A stretch of 64,000 bases of DNA, from sequence record OQ561750; one strand, given 5' to 3'. The notes beneath the pieces are model-generated. The model did not search any database and was not told the DNA's origin. It worked only from the letters and a program-made list of their open reading frames with translations. The translations under genes and the position numbers were made by a program. The stretch's first letter is position 1, and each line of letters starts with the position of its first letter. Shown one piece after another: positions 36,108 through 44,407 of the stretch. The stretch is from Escherichia phage LHE83.

Positions 36108-36997
36108 GTTTGTTTATCGTTCCTATTTTCAGTATGCGTAGTTACGAAACAGGTGAATATGCCGTCCTTAAGGACGGTAATTTTCAACTCCATTTAAACC
36201 GTGCTTGCCCAGGTGATTATCTGGCTTATCCTAGAAATTCGAGCGATATCAAAGAATGCATTGAATTATTTCCTGAACTGAATTTTGTACCTCTTTGGTA
36301 TAAAGAAAATGCTTATGAAACTCGTAAACATTTTTGGTCTGAAAATGAGTTCGTTGTTGATTCGTTAATCGAATACTATGACTGCTCAGGATTGGTAACC
36401 GATATCACAGGTTATGATGGTGCTCATACCGTACAATTCAACTTTAACATTACAATGGACCCTGAAGTTCCTCGTTATTACATCGATGAGTTTATTGATA
36501 CCGACGTGGGTTCAGTTGAACGTTCGATTTATACCACAGTCCTGAATCAATGCCAGAAAGACGTCCTGGTGTCACGAGGTGCGTCCTCTGATAAGATTTT
36601 TGTAGACCAAAAGGTAATTAATCCGGCAGTAATTGAGCGTTACTCTGAAGGCCTAGCGCCTATTAAAATTGATGGTATTTTCCATCCATTCCGTATCTCT
36701 GATAAATGTTATCAATTCGAAAGAGTTGTAGACCAAGCTGCGGCTGAAGGTTCTCGCCTTTATATCACCGATCCGAATGATTCATTTAAGCGTGAAGACT
36801 ATCGTCCTGATGTAGAGATTATTAAATTCAAACCGAGTAAGGTTGAATATTATCAGATTCTGAAATCAAGACCTCATATCATTTATCATGAGAATCCCAG
36901 TTTAGTATTTCATCCTGGTCTAGCTGAATTCATTTATTTCGGTGCCCATATCCATTCTGAGCACGAAATGCCAAGTTATGAGGACGTGGTCCTTTAA
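36104..36997 (+). CDS. hypothetical protein in the beta-glucosyltransferase slot (putative DNA glycosyltransferase)
   Basis: ATGA-coupled to gene 42 and directly upstream of uvsX, where T4 carries beta-gt; no recognisable similarity to T4 beta-gt. Confidence 0.45.
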   Translation: MSLFIVPIFSMRSYETGEYAVLKDGNFQLHLNRACPGDYLAYPRNSSDIKECIELFPELNFVPLWYKENAYETRKHFWSENEFVVDSLIEYYDCSGLVTDITGYDGAHTVQFNFNITMDPEVPRYYIDEFIDTDVGSVERSIYTTVLNQCQKDVLVSRGASSDKIFVDQKVINPAVIERYSEGLAPIKIDGIFHPFRISDKCYQFERVVDQAAAEGSRLYITDPNDSFKREDYRPDVEIIKFKPSKVEYYQILKSRPHIIYHENPSLVFHPGLAEFIYFGAHIHSEHEMPSYEDVVL

Positions 36998-37074
36998 CGC
37001 TGTAAATGTGAAGTGATATAATTACCCTATCTTAAAACGTGAGTAAAATATAATGATGCCTATGGAAAAATATA

Positions 37075-38247
37075 ATGTCTGATTTAAAATCCCGTTTGAT
37101 TAAAGCTTCTACTTCTAAAATGACTGCCGACCTGACCAAATCTAAATTGTTTAATGGTCGTGACGAAGTTCCTACTCGTATCCCTATGCTGAATATTGCA
37201 TTAGGCGGTGCGTTGAATGCAGGCTTACAATCAGGTTTGACAATCTTTGCTGCTCCATCTAAACACTTTAAAACGTTGTTTGGACTTACCATGGTTGCGG
37301 CATATATGAAGAAATATCCAGACGCAATTTGTTTGTTCTACGACTCTGAGTTTGGTGCTTCAGAATCTTATTTCCGTTCGATGGGTGTTGATTTAGAACG
37401 TGTGGTTCATACACCAATCCAGTCAGTCGAACAGCTTAAAGTTGATATGACCAACCAATTAGAAGAAATTACTCGTGGCGAAAAGGTTATTATCTTTATC
37501 GACTCCATCGGTAACACTGCTTCTAAGAAAGAAACCGAAGATGCTTTGAACGAGAAAGTTGTAGGTGATATGACTCGTGCTAAATCACTGAAATCTCTGT
37601 TCCGTATCGTAACACCTTATCTGACCATCAAGGATATCCCTTGTGTAGCAATTAACCACACGGCTATGGAAATTGGTGGAATGTACCCTAAAGAGATTAT
37701 GGGTGGTGGTACTGGTATTCTGTACTCTGCTTCTACCGTGTTCTTTATCTCTAAACGTCAGGTTAAAGATGGTACTGAGCTCACTGGTTATGACTTCACA
37801 CTGAAGGCCGAGAAATCTCGTACGGTTAAAGAGAAATCAACGTTCCCGATTACAGTGAACTTCGAAGGTGGTATCGACCCATTCAGTGGATTGCTTGAAA
37901 TGGCTACTGATATTGGCTTTGTCGTGAAACCTAAAGCTGGCTGGTATAATCGTGCATTCCTTGACGAAACCACAGGCGAAATGGTTCAAGAAGAAAAAGC
38001 ATGGCGTGCTAAAGCTACTGATTGTGTTGAGTTCTGGGGACCACTGTTTAAACATGCTCCGTTCCGTGAAGCAATCGAGAATAAGTATAAGCTTGGTGCA
38101 ATTAATTCTATTAAAGAAGTTGACGATGCGGTTAATGACCTTATTAACTCTCGTGTCTCTAAGAACGTTGCTGTTAAATTAGGTGGTAATGCCCAAAGCG
38201 CCGCTGATATCGAAAACGATTTGGAAGAGATGGATTTAGATGACTGA
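37075..38247 (+). CDS. uvsX: RecA-like recombinase UvsX
   Basis: 390 aa; MSDLKSRLIKASTS...; Walker A APSKHFKT region; near-identical to T4 UvsX from memory. Confidence 0.9.
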   Translation: MSDLKSRLIKASTSKMTADLTKSKLFNGRDEVPTRIPMLNIALGGALNAGLQSGLTIFAAPSKHFKTLFGLTMVAAYMKKYPDAICLFYDSEFGASESYFRSMGVDLERVVHTPIQSVEQLKVDMTNQLEEITRGEKVIIFIDSIGNTASKKETEDALNEKVVGDMTRAKSLKSLFRIVTPYLTIKDIPCVAINHTAMEIGGMYPKEIMGGGTGILYSASTVFFISKRQVKDGTELTGYDFTLKAEKSRTVKEKSTFPITVNFEGGIDPFSGLLEMATDIGFVVKPKAGWYNRAFLDETTGEMVQEEKAWRAKATDCVEFWGPLFKHAPFREAIENKYKLGAINSIKEVDDAVNDLINSRVSKNVAVKLGGNAQSAADIENDLEEMDLDD

Positions 38248-38569
38248 TTTATCTGATTTAGATAATTTCGTTAAAGATACCGAAGAGGGTCCTAGTGACC
38301 CTCGTTATTATGAGAAATCGTTAGATATAATCCGTAAGTCAATGGGGTCTGTTAAGCAGGAAATTATGCTTACTTTACCCGATGGCACTGCTCACATCGT
38401 TTATGTGATGAATATTGTTATTGAGAAAGATGGAAAAGTGTCGGTTGATTTCGGAACACCTTCCGAAGACCGAAAAGAAGAGCTAGCGCTTCATGTAGAA
38501 AAATGTGTTACAATGCAAATACAAGAAGAACTGGATAAAATTAAATCTAAGAGGTGGTGGAAGTGGTAG
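38240..38569 (+). CDS. 40: gp40-like head vertex assembly chaperone (by position)
   Basis: ORF track; syntenic between uvsX and 41; size as T4 gp40. Confidence 0.55.
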   Translation: MTDLSDLDNFVKDTEEGPSDPRYYEKSLDIIRKSMGSVKQEIMLTLPDGTAHIVYVMNIVIEKDGKVSVDFGTPSEDRKEELALHVEKCVTMQIQEELDKIKSKRWWKW

Positions 38570-39993
38570 AAACTATTTTGGCTCAACTGCTAGGCAATAG
38601 TGATTATTTCACTAAGGTCTGGCCTTATATGAATGATTCTTATTTTGACCAGGGTCCTGCAAAGACCCTTTTCAAAGAAATTAAAAAACACGTCAATGAA
38701 TATAATGCAGTGCCTTCTAAGAACGCGCTGAGCATTGCATTAGATAACAGCACGCTTTCAGAAGTTGAACACCAAGGCGCTAAAGAGCTTTTAAGTTCAC
38801 TGAATGCCGGACCTGAAGACCAAGAATGGTTGGTTAAAGAGACGGAGAAATACGTTCAGAAAGCAGCGATGTATAATGCAACTTCAAAAATCATTGAAAT
38901 CCAAACTAATGCAGACCTTCCGGTTGAGCAACAAAATAGAAAACTTCCAGGTATTGGTGCTATTCCAGATATCATGCGTGATGCATTATCGATTTGTTTC
39001 GATTCTGAATTAGGTCATGACTGGATGGATGACTATGAAGAACGTTTCAAAAGTTATTCTGATAAAGCACGTAAGGTTCCGTTCCGTCTTAATATTCTGA
39101 ATAAGATTACCAAAGGTGGTGCCGAGTTTGGTACTGAAAACGTATTGTTGGCAGGAACAAACGTAGGTAAGTCTCTTGGTCTTTGTTCATTGGCTGCTGA
39201 TTATCTTCAATCTGGTTACGATGTTCTTTATATCTCCATGGAGATGGCAGAGGAAGTATGTGCTAAGCGTATCGATGCCAACCTTCTGGATGTGTCACTG
39301 GATGATATCGATGACGGCCATGTCTCTTGGCCTGAATATAAAGCTAAGATGGATAAATGGCGTTCAACTGCTACTTTAGGTCGTTTAAAGATTAAACAGT
39401 ACCCTACCGGTGGCGCTAATGCCGATACATTCCGTGCATTATTAAACGAATACAAACTCAAACAAAACTTTGTTCCACAGGTCGTTATCGTCGACTACTT
39501 GGCCATCTGTGCATCATCTCGTACGAAAGTTTTCTCTGAAAACAGTTACGGATTGATTAAGATGGTAGCCGAAGAACTACGTGGACTTGCAGTAGAAAAG
39601 AAATTATTGTTGTGGACTGCAGCCCAGACTACTCGTGGTGCGAACGTTGCAGCCGAAATCGATATGGCTGATATTGCTGAATCCTTTGGTATTGCACATA
39701 CTGCAGACTTCATGTTAGGTGTGGTCGAGACAGAAGAGTTTGCTCAGATGGGTATGCAGATGGTTAAGCAGCTTAAATCTCGTTATGGTGATAAGAGCTA
39801 CTACAACAAATTTAAGATTGGTGTTAAGAAAGGAAATCAACGTTGGTACGAAGTTGAAGACGATTCCAACCCAGGCCAGGTGAACACCGTTCGTGAGGCT
39901 ACAGGTGAGATGAATCGTCAAGCCGAGGTCAATCGACAGACGCTTGTTAATAGAAGTGATTTGGACGATTTAGCAGCATCTATCAAATTTTAA
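38563..39993 (+). CDS. 41: replicative DNA helicase gp41 (DnaB-like)
   Basis: GTG start chosen by alignment to the T4 gp41 N-terminus (MVE.IL); AAGAGGTGG Shine-Dalgarno; Walker A GTNVGKS; C-terminus as T4. Confidence 0.9.
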   Translation: MVETILAQLLGNSDYFTKVWPYMNDSYFDQGPAKTLFKEIKKHVNEYNAVPSKNALSIALDNSTLSEVEHQGAKELLSSLNAGPEDQEWLVKETEKYVQKAAMYNATSKIIEIQTNADLPVEQQNRKLPGIGAIPDIMRDALSICFDSELGHDWMDDYEERFKSYSDKARKVPFRLNILNKITKGGAEFGTENVLLAGTNVGKSLGLCSLAADYLQSGYDVLYISMEMAEEVCAKRIDANLLDVSLDDIDDGHVSWPEYKAKMDKWRSTATLGRLKIKQYPTGGANADTFRALLNEYKLKQNFVPQVVIVDYLAICASSRTKVFSENSYGLIKMVAEELRGLAVEKKLLLWTAAQTTRGANVAAEIDMADIAESFGIAHTADFMLGVVETEEFAQMGMQMVKQLKSRYGDKSYYNKFKIGVKKGNQRWYEVEDDSNPGQVNTVREATGEMNRQAEVNRQTLVNRSDLDDLAASIKF

Positions 39994-40013
39994 GGAGCTT
40001 CGGCTCCTTTTTT
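39992..40013 (+). terminator. rho-independent terminator
   Basis: AGGAGC-TTCG-GCTCCT followed by TTTTTT. Confidence 0.6.
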
Positions 40014-40022
40014 GTTTTAAGG

Positions 40023-40052
40023 GTTTACATCTCCTGTAGGCGTGATACTATA
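40023..40052 (+). promoter_or_regulatory. early promoter cassette
   Basis: GTTTAC...GTGATACTATAGACCTATCAACT. Confidence 0.55.
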
Positions 40053-40075
40053 GACCTATCAACTTGGAGAACAAA

Positions 40076-40393
40076 ATGAAAACCATCGACTGTAAAGCAG
40101 AATATAAAGTGTATTATCATGGAAGTTGTAGTGTCGCTAATATCGGTAATATGCTTTGTCCTCCTGAGGAAACAGGAGTTTTGTCTGAAACCGGTCGTAA
40201 GAAAAACCTAAATCGTGTGTTCTTTACTGAAGATATCGGTTTGGCTAAGATTTATGCTGGACGTGCAGCCCGTTCAGTGGGAGGAGAACCTCGTCTTTAT
40301 CGTGTAATTGCTCCGGTGGATGTGGTTTGTTTAAATGATACTAAAGGCGCTACGGTTTATCATGCTGAATGGGCCTTCTGTGAGGAAATCTAA
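40076..40393 (+). CDS. hypothetical protein
   Basis: First ATG of track ORF 40064 (TTG). Confidence 0.5.
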   Translation: MKTIDCKAEYKVYYHGSCSVANIGNMLCPPEETGVLSETGRKKNLNRVFFTEDIGLAKIYAGRAARSVGGEPRLYRVIAPVDVVCLNDTKGATVYHAEWAFCEEI

Positions 40394-40597
40394 ATGCCTA
40401 AATTAGAGAAAGTAGTGTTTATTGGTTGGTTTGAAAATGGTAATATGTTTACCAAAGAAACCGTTCTGGATGTTAGTGACCAAAATATGATTGAATGGGT
40501 TACAGTGCAGTATGCAGAAGTGAATAATGCGCTGGTGAAAGCCTTTGTTGATGACAATAAAGTTTTTGAGTGTGATTACCGTTCTAACGAAAAATAA
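40394..40597 (+). CDS. dmd: Dmd (antitoxin against RnlA/LsoA-type RNases)
   Basis: KVVFIGWFENGNMFTKE...QYAEVNNALVKAFVDDNKVFECD resembles T4 Dmd from memory. Confidence 0.75.
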   Translation: MPKLEKVVFIGWFENGNMFTKETVLDVSDQNMIEWVTVQYAEVNNALVKAFVDDNKVFECDYRSNEK

Positions 40598-40599
40598 CA

Positions 40600-40635
40600 G
40601 TTTACATCAAAGGGATAATGCAGTATATTATCCCT
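40600..40635 (+). promoter_or_regulatory. early promoter cassette
   Basis: GTTTAC...GCAGTATATTATCCCTATCAACT; GGGATAAT/ATTATCCC inverted repeat. Confidence 0.5.
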
Positions 40636-40657
40636 ATCAACTACCGAGGAGAACATT

Positions 40658-40951
40658 ATGAAAAAGTTATTAATCGCAGCAATTCTTGCCGTAGCATCAT
40701 GTGGTACAGCTCCAGTTACTGCTGGACTTGATAAAGACCTTTGTGAATGGTCTATGACTGCAGACCAAGAATCGGTCGAACATCAGATTTATGCTGATAT
40801 CATGAACATCACTAAACGTGACCGCCCTGATATGGTTAAAGAAGTGTCAGACCAATTGGCTTCAAGCGGCGTTATGCAGTATAACTATGTTCTGTATTGT
40901 GACGCTAATTTCGATAACAAAAACATCGTTAAAGAGGTGACAGGTGAATAA
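40658..40951 (+). CDS. sp: Spackle (periplasmic superinfection-exclusion protein)
   Basis: 97 aa; signal peptide; DKDLCEWSMTADQ...GVMQYNYVLYCD near-identical to T4 Sp from memory. Confidence 0.75.
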   Translation: MKKLLIAAILAVASCGTAPVTAGLDKDLCEWSMTADQESVEHQIYADIMNITKRDRPDMVKEVSDQLASSGVMQYNYVLYCDANFDNKNIVKEVTGE

Positions 40952-41384
40952 GATTAACAGAAATTTGGTTATCAAAAAACTTCGTTGTAAAAATCCAAAT
41001 GCACAAGCATACAGGATGTTTTGGAGCGACGACCACCAATACCTAGGTTATTTTCTTGTTGATAGCGATGATCGAATTACAATGGCTCATAAACTTCTTA
41101 ACAGAGAATTAAACCATTGGCAAGAACTTATTGCGGTGAGGTCTAAATTATTTTCATGCAATACAATGCACCAATTGGTTTATTTTTTCGCCGATGGTAT
41201 TCCTGACAAGGTTGAGTTTGATGGGTTTGAATTTAAAGATATCCACCCGGACAACGAATTGAACGACCGCGTTAATATAGATATCCCTAGCAAGTATATC
41301 AAAAACAGTCTGTTGAAAATTCTGGAAGCTCCGGTTTATTCAATTGACGACCAGATTTTTAATGCCTTTATGAATCGAGGTTAA
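40944..41384 (+). CDS. hypothetical protein
   Basis: ORF track (GTG start); start uncertain. Confidence 0.45.
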   Translation: MNKINRNLVIKKLRCKNPNAQAYRMFWSDDHQYLGYFLVDSDDRITMAHKLLNRELNHWQELIAVRSKLFSCNTMHQLVYFFADGIPDKVEFDGFEFKDIHPDNELNDRVNIDIPSKYIKNSLLKILEAPVYSIDDQIFNAFMNRG

Positions 41385-41385
41385 T

Positions 41386-41607
41386 ATGTTTGTTTTAACT
41401 CAATTCTCTAAAGCGGTATATGGTTACTCCTGCCAGTGGGAAGTCTTTATCGATTCTCCTTCACCTAAGTACGGTGTTTTTGGACGAGTAACTACTCAAG
41501 CTTATGTTGCACGGCCTACTAAGCGCCAGCTTCGTAAACTTAAAAAGGCCCATCGCCAACTGATTGAAAGAAGGGAACAATATGAGTGCAATGTGTACGG
41601 GCTCTAA
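41386..41607 (+). CDS. hypothetical basic protein
   Basis: ORF track. Confidence 0.5.
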   Translation: MFVLTQFSKAVYGYSCQWEVFIDSPSPKYGVFGRVTTQAYVARPTKRQLRKLKKAHRQLIERREQYECNVYGL

Positions 41608-41773
41608 GATTTCTGTATTCGAGTTATTCGAAGAATATGAAATCATATCAAAAGACCAAGAAGCTATCCATATTATTGCTGATGATGGTGTGACTTGGAT
41701 TATTCCACTTTACCACGAAGATACCTATGAAGTCACTGATGCAAATGGTGATAAAGCTATTTTCGTAATATAA
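41582..41773 (+). CDS. hypothetical protein
   Basis: Internal ATG after AGGGAA Shine-Dalgarno of track ORF 41564. Confidence 0.4.
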   Translation: MSAMCTGSKISVFELFEEYEIISKDQEAIHIIADDGVTWIIPLYHEDTYEVTDANGDKAIFVI

Positions 41774-41776
41774 ATA
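41769..41776 (+). promoter_or_regulatory. late promoter TATAAATA
   Basis: Exact T4 late consensus, 14 nt upstream of AGGAG and a small ORF. Confidence 0.4.
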
Positions 41777-41789
41777 AGGCCAGGAGCCT

Positions 41790-41951
41790 ATGAAATCTTT
41801 TAAAGAAGTTATGAACGAAGATATGGTCGCAGGCGATGCAGGTGGTAATCCTACTGCTATTGCCTCCGGAACTACCTCAGGCGCAGTCGTCAATAAAGGG
41901 CCTGAACAAATCCCATCTAAAAAGCGTAAAGAAAAATCCGAAAACGAATGA
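41790..41951 (+). CDS. hypothetical small Gly/Ala-rich protein (53 aa)
   Basis: Read by eye; AGGAG Shine-Dalgarno; below the track length cutoff. Confidence 0.4.
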   Translation: MKSFKEVMNEDMVAGDAGGNPTAIASGTTSGAVVNKGPEQIPSKKRKEKSENE

Positions 41952-41989
41952 TATAATGGCTCTATTAATTTAGAGCCTAAGGAAAAATA

Positions 41990-43018
41990 ATGTCATATGT
42001 CGATAGAGAATTTGCTGTACGTGCCTTGAATTACCAACCTAAATTCAGACAAGTAACTGGTAGTGATTTTAAATTAAACTGTCGTTGTCGTGTATGTGGC
42101 GACTCCCAAAAAGATGAGAACAAAGCTCGTTTTTGGGCCTATCCGGCTAATGACGGCTCCGTAATGCTGCACTGTTTTAACTGTGACTATTCAGCAGGAA
42201 TTAAGAAGTATCTATACGAATATGAGCCTGATTTATATCGCGAATATATTCTTGAGAAACATAAAGAGCAATCGTTCGGGAGACAAGCGGCACCTAAGGT
42301 GGAGATATCAGAAAAGATTAAAGCCAAGATGCCTGTCATCGAAAAGCTTAATTTCTGTGAACGTCTGGATAGAATGCCAAACGACCATCCTATTATCAAA
42401 TATGTAACACTACGTTGCATTCCTGAAAACAAATGGAATCGGCTGTGGTTTACTAAAGAATGGCCTGCATTAGTTAACTCTGTCAATCCAGGGACCTATT
42501 CTAAAGAAATGCCTGAGCCTCGTTTGGTTATTCCTATTTTCAATAAGGATAAACAAATAGAAAGTTTTCAAGGTCGAGCCTTGCGTAAAGATGCTCCACA
42601 AAAATATATTACAATAAAGGCTCATGACCAAGCTACAAAAATATATGGAATGGATACAGTTGACGAACGTCAGTTGGTGTGGGTAATGGAAGGTCCTATT
42701 GATTCATTATTCGTACCGAATGCAATAGCAATTACTGGCGGGTCGTTGGACTTGGCTATGGTTCCATGTAAAGAAACTCGTGCCTGGGTAATGGACAATG
42801 AACCCCGCCATCCCGACACAATTAAGCGTATGCAACGATTAGTTGATGCTGGCGAAAGGGTTCTATTCTGGGACAAGGCTCCATGGCCTTCTAAAGATAT
42901 AAATGATATGATTATGAAAGATAAAGCTGATATAAATGATGTACTGGCATATATGAAAGCTAATATAGCCCAAGGTCTAATGGCTAAAATGAGACTTTCA
43001 AAATATTCTAAAATTTAG
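41990..43018 (+). CDS. 61: DNA primase gp61
   Basis: 342 aa; Zn-ribbon CRCRVCGDS...CFNCDY; TOPRIM; C-terminal QGLMAKMRLSKYSKI as T4 gp61. Confidence 0.9.
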   Translation: MSYVDREFAVRALNYQPKFRQVTGSDFKLNCRCRVCGDSQKDENKARFWAYPANDGSVMLHCFNCDYSAGIKKYLYEYEPDLYREYILEKHKEQSFGRQAAPKVEISEKIKAKMPVIEKLNFCERLDRMPNDHPIIKYVTLRCIPENKWNRLWFTKEWPALVNSVNPGTYSKEMPEPRLVIPIFNKDKQIESFQGRALRKDAPQKYITIKAHDQATKIYGMDTVDERQLVWVMEGPIDSLFVPNAIAITGGSLDLAMVPCKETRAWVMDNEPRHPDTIKRMQRLVDAGERVLFWDKAPWPSKDINDMIMKDKADINDVLAYMKANIAQGLMAKMRLSKYSKI

Positions 43019-43215
43019 GCAGGAACTCCGCTAAAGAATCCAATTATGCTTAATACGTGTTCCATTGTAACCGCTGGTAAAATTATCCCTTGGCTAGCGG
43101 CTACAGGGACTACTAGAAGATTCCAAAGGAATACGTCTAGCGCAAGAAAACCTAACATCATTTTCTTGTCTTTCTTTTCGGCCAATTTCCAGATTTGGTA
43201 AAAAATACTGCCCAT
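43015..43215 (-). CDS. hypothetical small membrane protein (antisense to the early-gene direction)
   Basis: ATG preceded by AGGAGG with a 5-nt spacer on the minus strand; lies in a 288-bp + strand coding gap between 61 and 56; hydrophobic. Confidence 0.4.
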   Translation of the reverse strand: MGSIFYQIWKLAEKKDKKMMLGFLALDVFLWNLLVVPVAASQGIILPAVTMEHVLSIIGFFSGVPA

Positions 43216-43306
43216 GTTATCCTCCTGTTAAATTAATATTTATTCGCTTTAATCTAACAGTTTATAATTATCTAACTTACTAATGAATTGAAAAGGAAAA
43301 AATATA

Positions 43307-43828
43307 ATGGCACACTTTAACGAATGCTCACAACTTATTGCTGGTGTTGATAAAGCTGAGGAAGCTTATTTTAATGCTCTGATTCACGAAGATAAAGACC
43401 CTCTGCAGGTTATGCTTGATATGCAGAAATCATTACAGGTCCGTTTGGCTAAAGATAAACCTGAATATAACCGTCATCCTGATGACTTGGCTACTGCAGG
43501 TGAAGTTGTTGATTGGTTGCGCAATCAGAAAGATTATATTGATGATGAATTCCGCGAACTTCTGACTTCTCTTGGTGGCATGAGCAATGGCGAAAAAGAT
43601 GCGAGCGCTGTATGGAAGCCTTGGAAAGCTCAACATGCTGAACGTCGTGAAACCCTGATTAACGATTTGTCTCCTGAAGACCAGCTCGAAATTAAATTCG
43701 AAATGATTGATATTCTGCACTTTGTTCTGAATATGTTCCAAGGTCTTGGACTGACTGCTGAAGAAATCTTTAAACTGTATTACCTGAAAAATGCCGAGAA
43801 CTTTGCTCGCCAGGACCGAGGTTATTAA
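43307..43828 (+). CDS. 56: dCTPase/dUTPase gp56
   Basis: MAHFNECSQLIAGVDKAEE...DPLQVMLDMQ...EIFKLYYLKNAENFARQDRGY near-identical to T4 gp56 from memory. Confidence 0.9.
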   Translation: MAHFNECSQLIAGVDKAEEAYFNALIHEDKDPLQVMLDMQKSLQVRLAKDKPEYNRHPDDLATAGEVVDWLRNQKDYIDDEFRELLTSLGGMSNGEKDASAVWKPWKAQHAERRETLINDLSPEDQLEIKFEMIDILHFVLNMFQGLGLTAEEIFKLYYLKNAENFARQDRGY

Positions 43829-43830
43829 GT

Positions 43831-43838
43831 TATAAATA
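43831..43838 (+). promoter_or_regulatory. late promoter TATAAATA upstream of soc
   Basis: Exact late consensus about 30 nt upstream of the soc ATG. Confidence 0.55.
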
Positions 43839-43869
43839 CACCTGTAATTAAACAACAAAGGAGTTAATT

Positions 43870-44103
43870 ATGGGTGGTTTCGTTAATATTAAAACCTTTA
43901 CGCATCCGGCTGGTGAAGGTAAAGAAGTTAAAGGTGTTGAAGTATCTGTCCCGTTTGAAATCTATTCAAACGAGCATCGTATTGCGAATGCACACTATCA
44001 GACATTTCCTTCTGAAAAGGCGGCATACACTACTGTAGTAACTGATGCAGCCGATTGGCGAACTAAGAACGCGGCGATGTTTACGCCTACCCCAGTAGTT
44101 TAA
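43870..44103 (+). CDS. soc: small outer capsid protein Soc
   Basis: 77 aa; VNIKTF...AHYQTFPSEKAAY as T4 Soc; late promoter upstream. Confidence 0.85.
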   Translation: MGGFVNIKTFTHPAGEGKEVKGVEVSVPFEIYSNEHRIANAHYQTFPSEKAAYTTVVTDAADWRTKNAAMFTPTPVV

Positions 44104-44107
44104 TTAT

Positions 44108-44131
44108 AAGGAACCTTCGGGTTCCTTTTTT
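44108..44131 (+). terminator. rho-independent terminator
   Basis: AAGGAACC-TTCG-GGTTCCTT followed by TTTT. Confidence 0.6.
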
Positions 44132-44141
44132 GGTTTTAAGG

Positions 44142-44175
44142 GTTTACTTTCTAAGAAGGTTATGTTAAGATGGTC
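44142..44175 (+). promoter_or_regulatory. early promoter
   Basis: GTTTAC then downstream -10-like TATGTTAAGAT. Confidence 0.4.
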
Positions 44176-44197
44176 TTATCTTATAGAGGAGAATGCT

Positions 44198-44407
44198 ATG
44201 TTAAATCGTTGGATTAAACCAAATAAAACTTTAGATGAAATTATCGCTAACCACGTATTGAAAAAGTACTTTTATACGCCTTGGTATACCGAAGTTATTG
44301 TCCATTCATTTATGATGCATGAAGACGGTTCTATCGAATTTAATGCCGAAATCCGTCACGAGACTGATGATATTGATAAAGTTGAATTTAAACGAGGTTT
44401 CCTATGA
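44198..44407 (+). CDS. hypothetical protein
   Basis: Internal ATG after GAGGAGAATGCT Shine-Dalgarno of track ORF 44162. Confidence 0.45.
   Translation: MLNRWIKPNKTLDEIIANHVLKKYFYTPWYTEVIVHSFMMHEDGSIEFNAEIRHETDDIDKVEFKRGFL

Noticed and set aside
36998-37074. Nine-codon upstream ORF (ATGATGCCTATGGAAAAATATAATGTCTGA) overlapping the uvsX start as a leader peptide
   Set aside because: Too short and AT-rich to tell apart from chance; no supporting structure seen.
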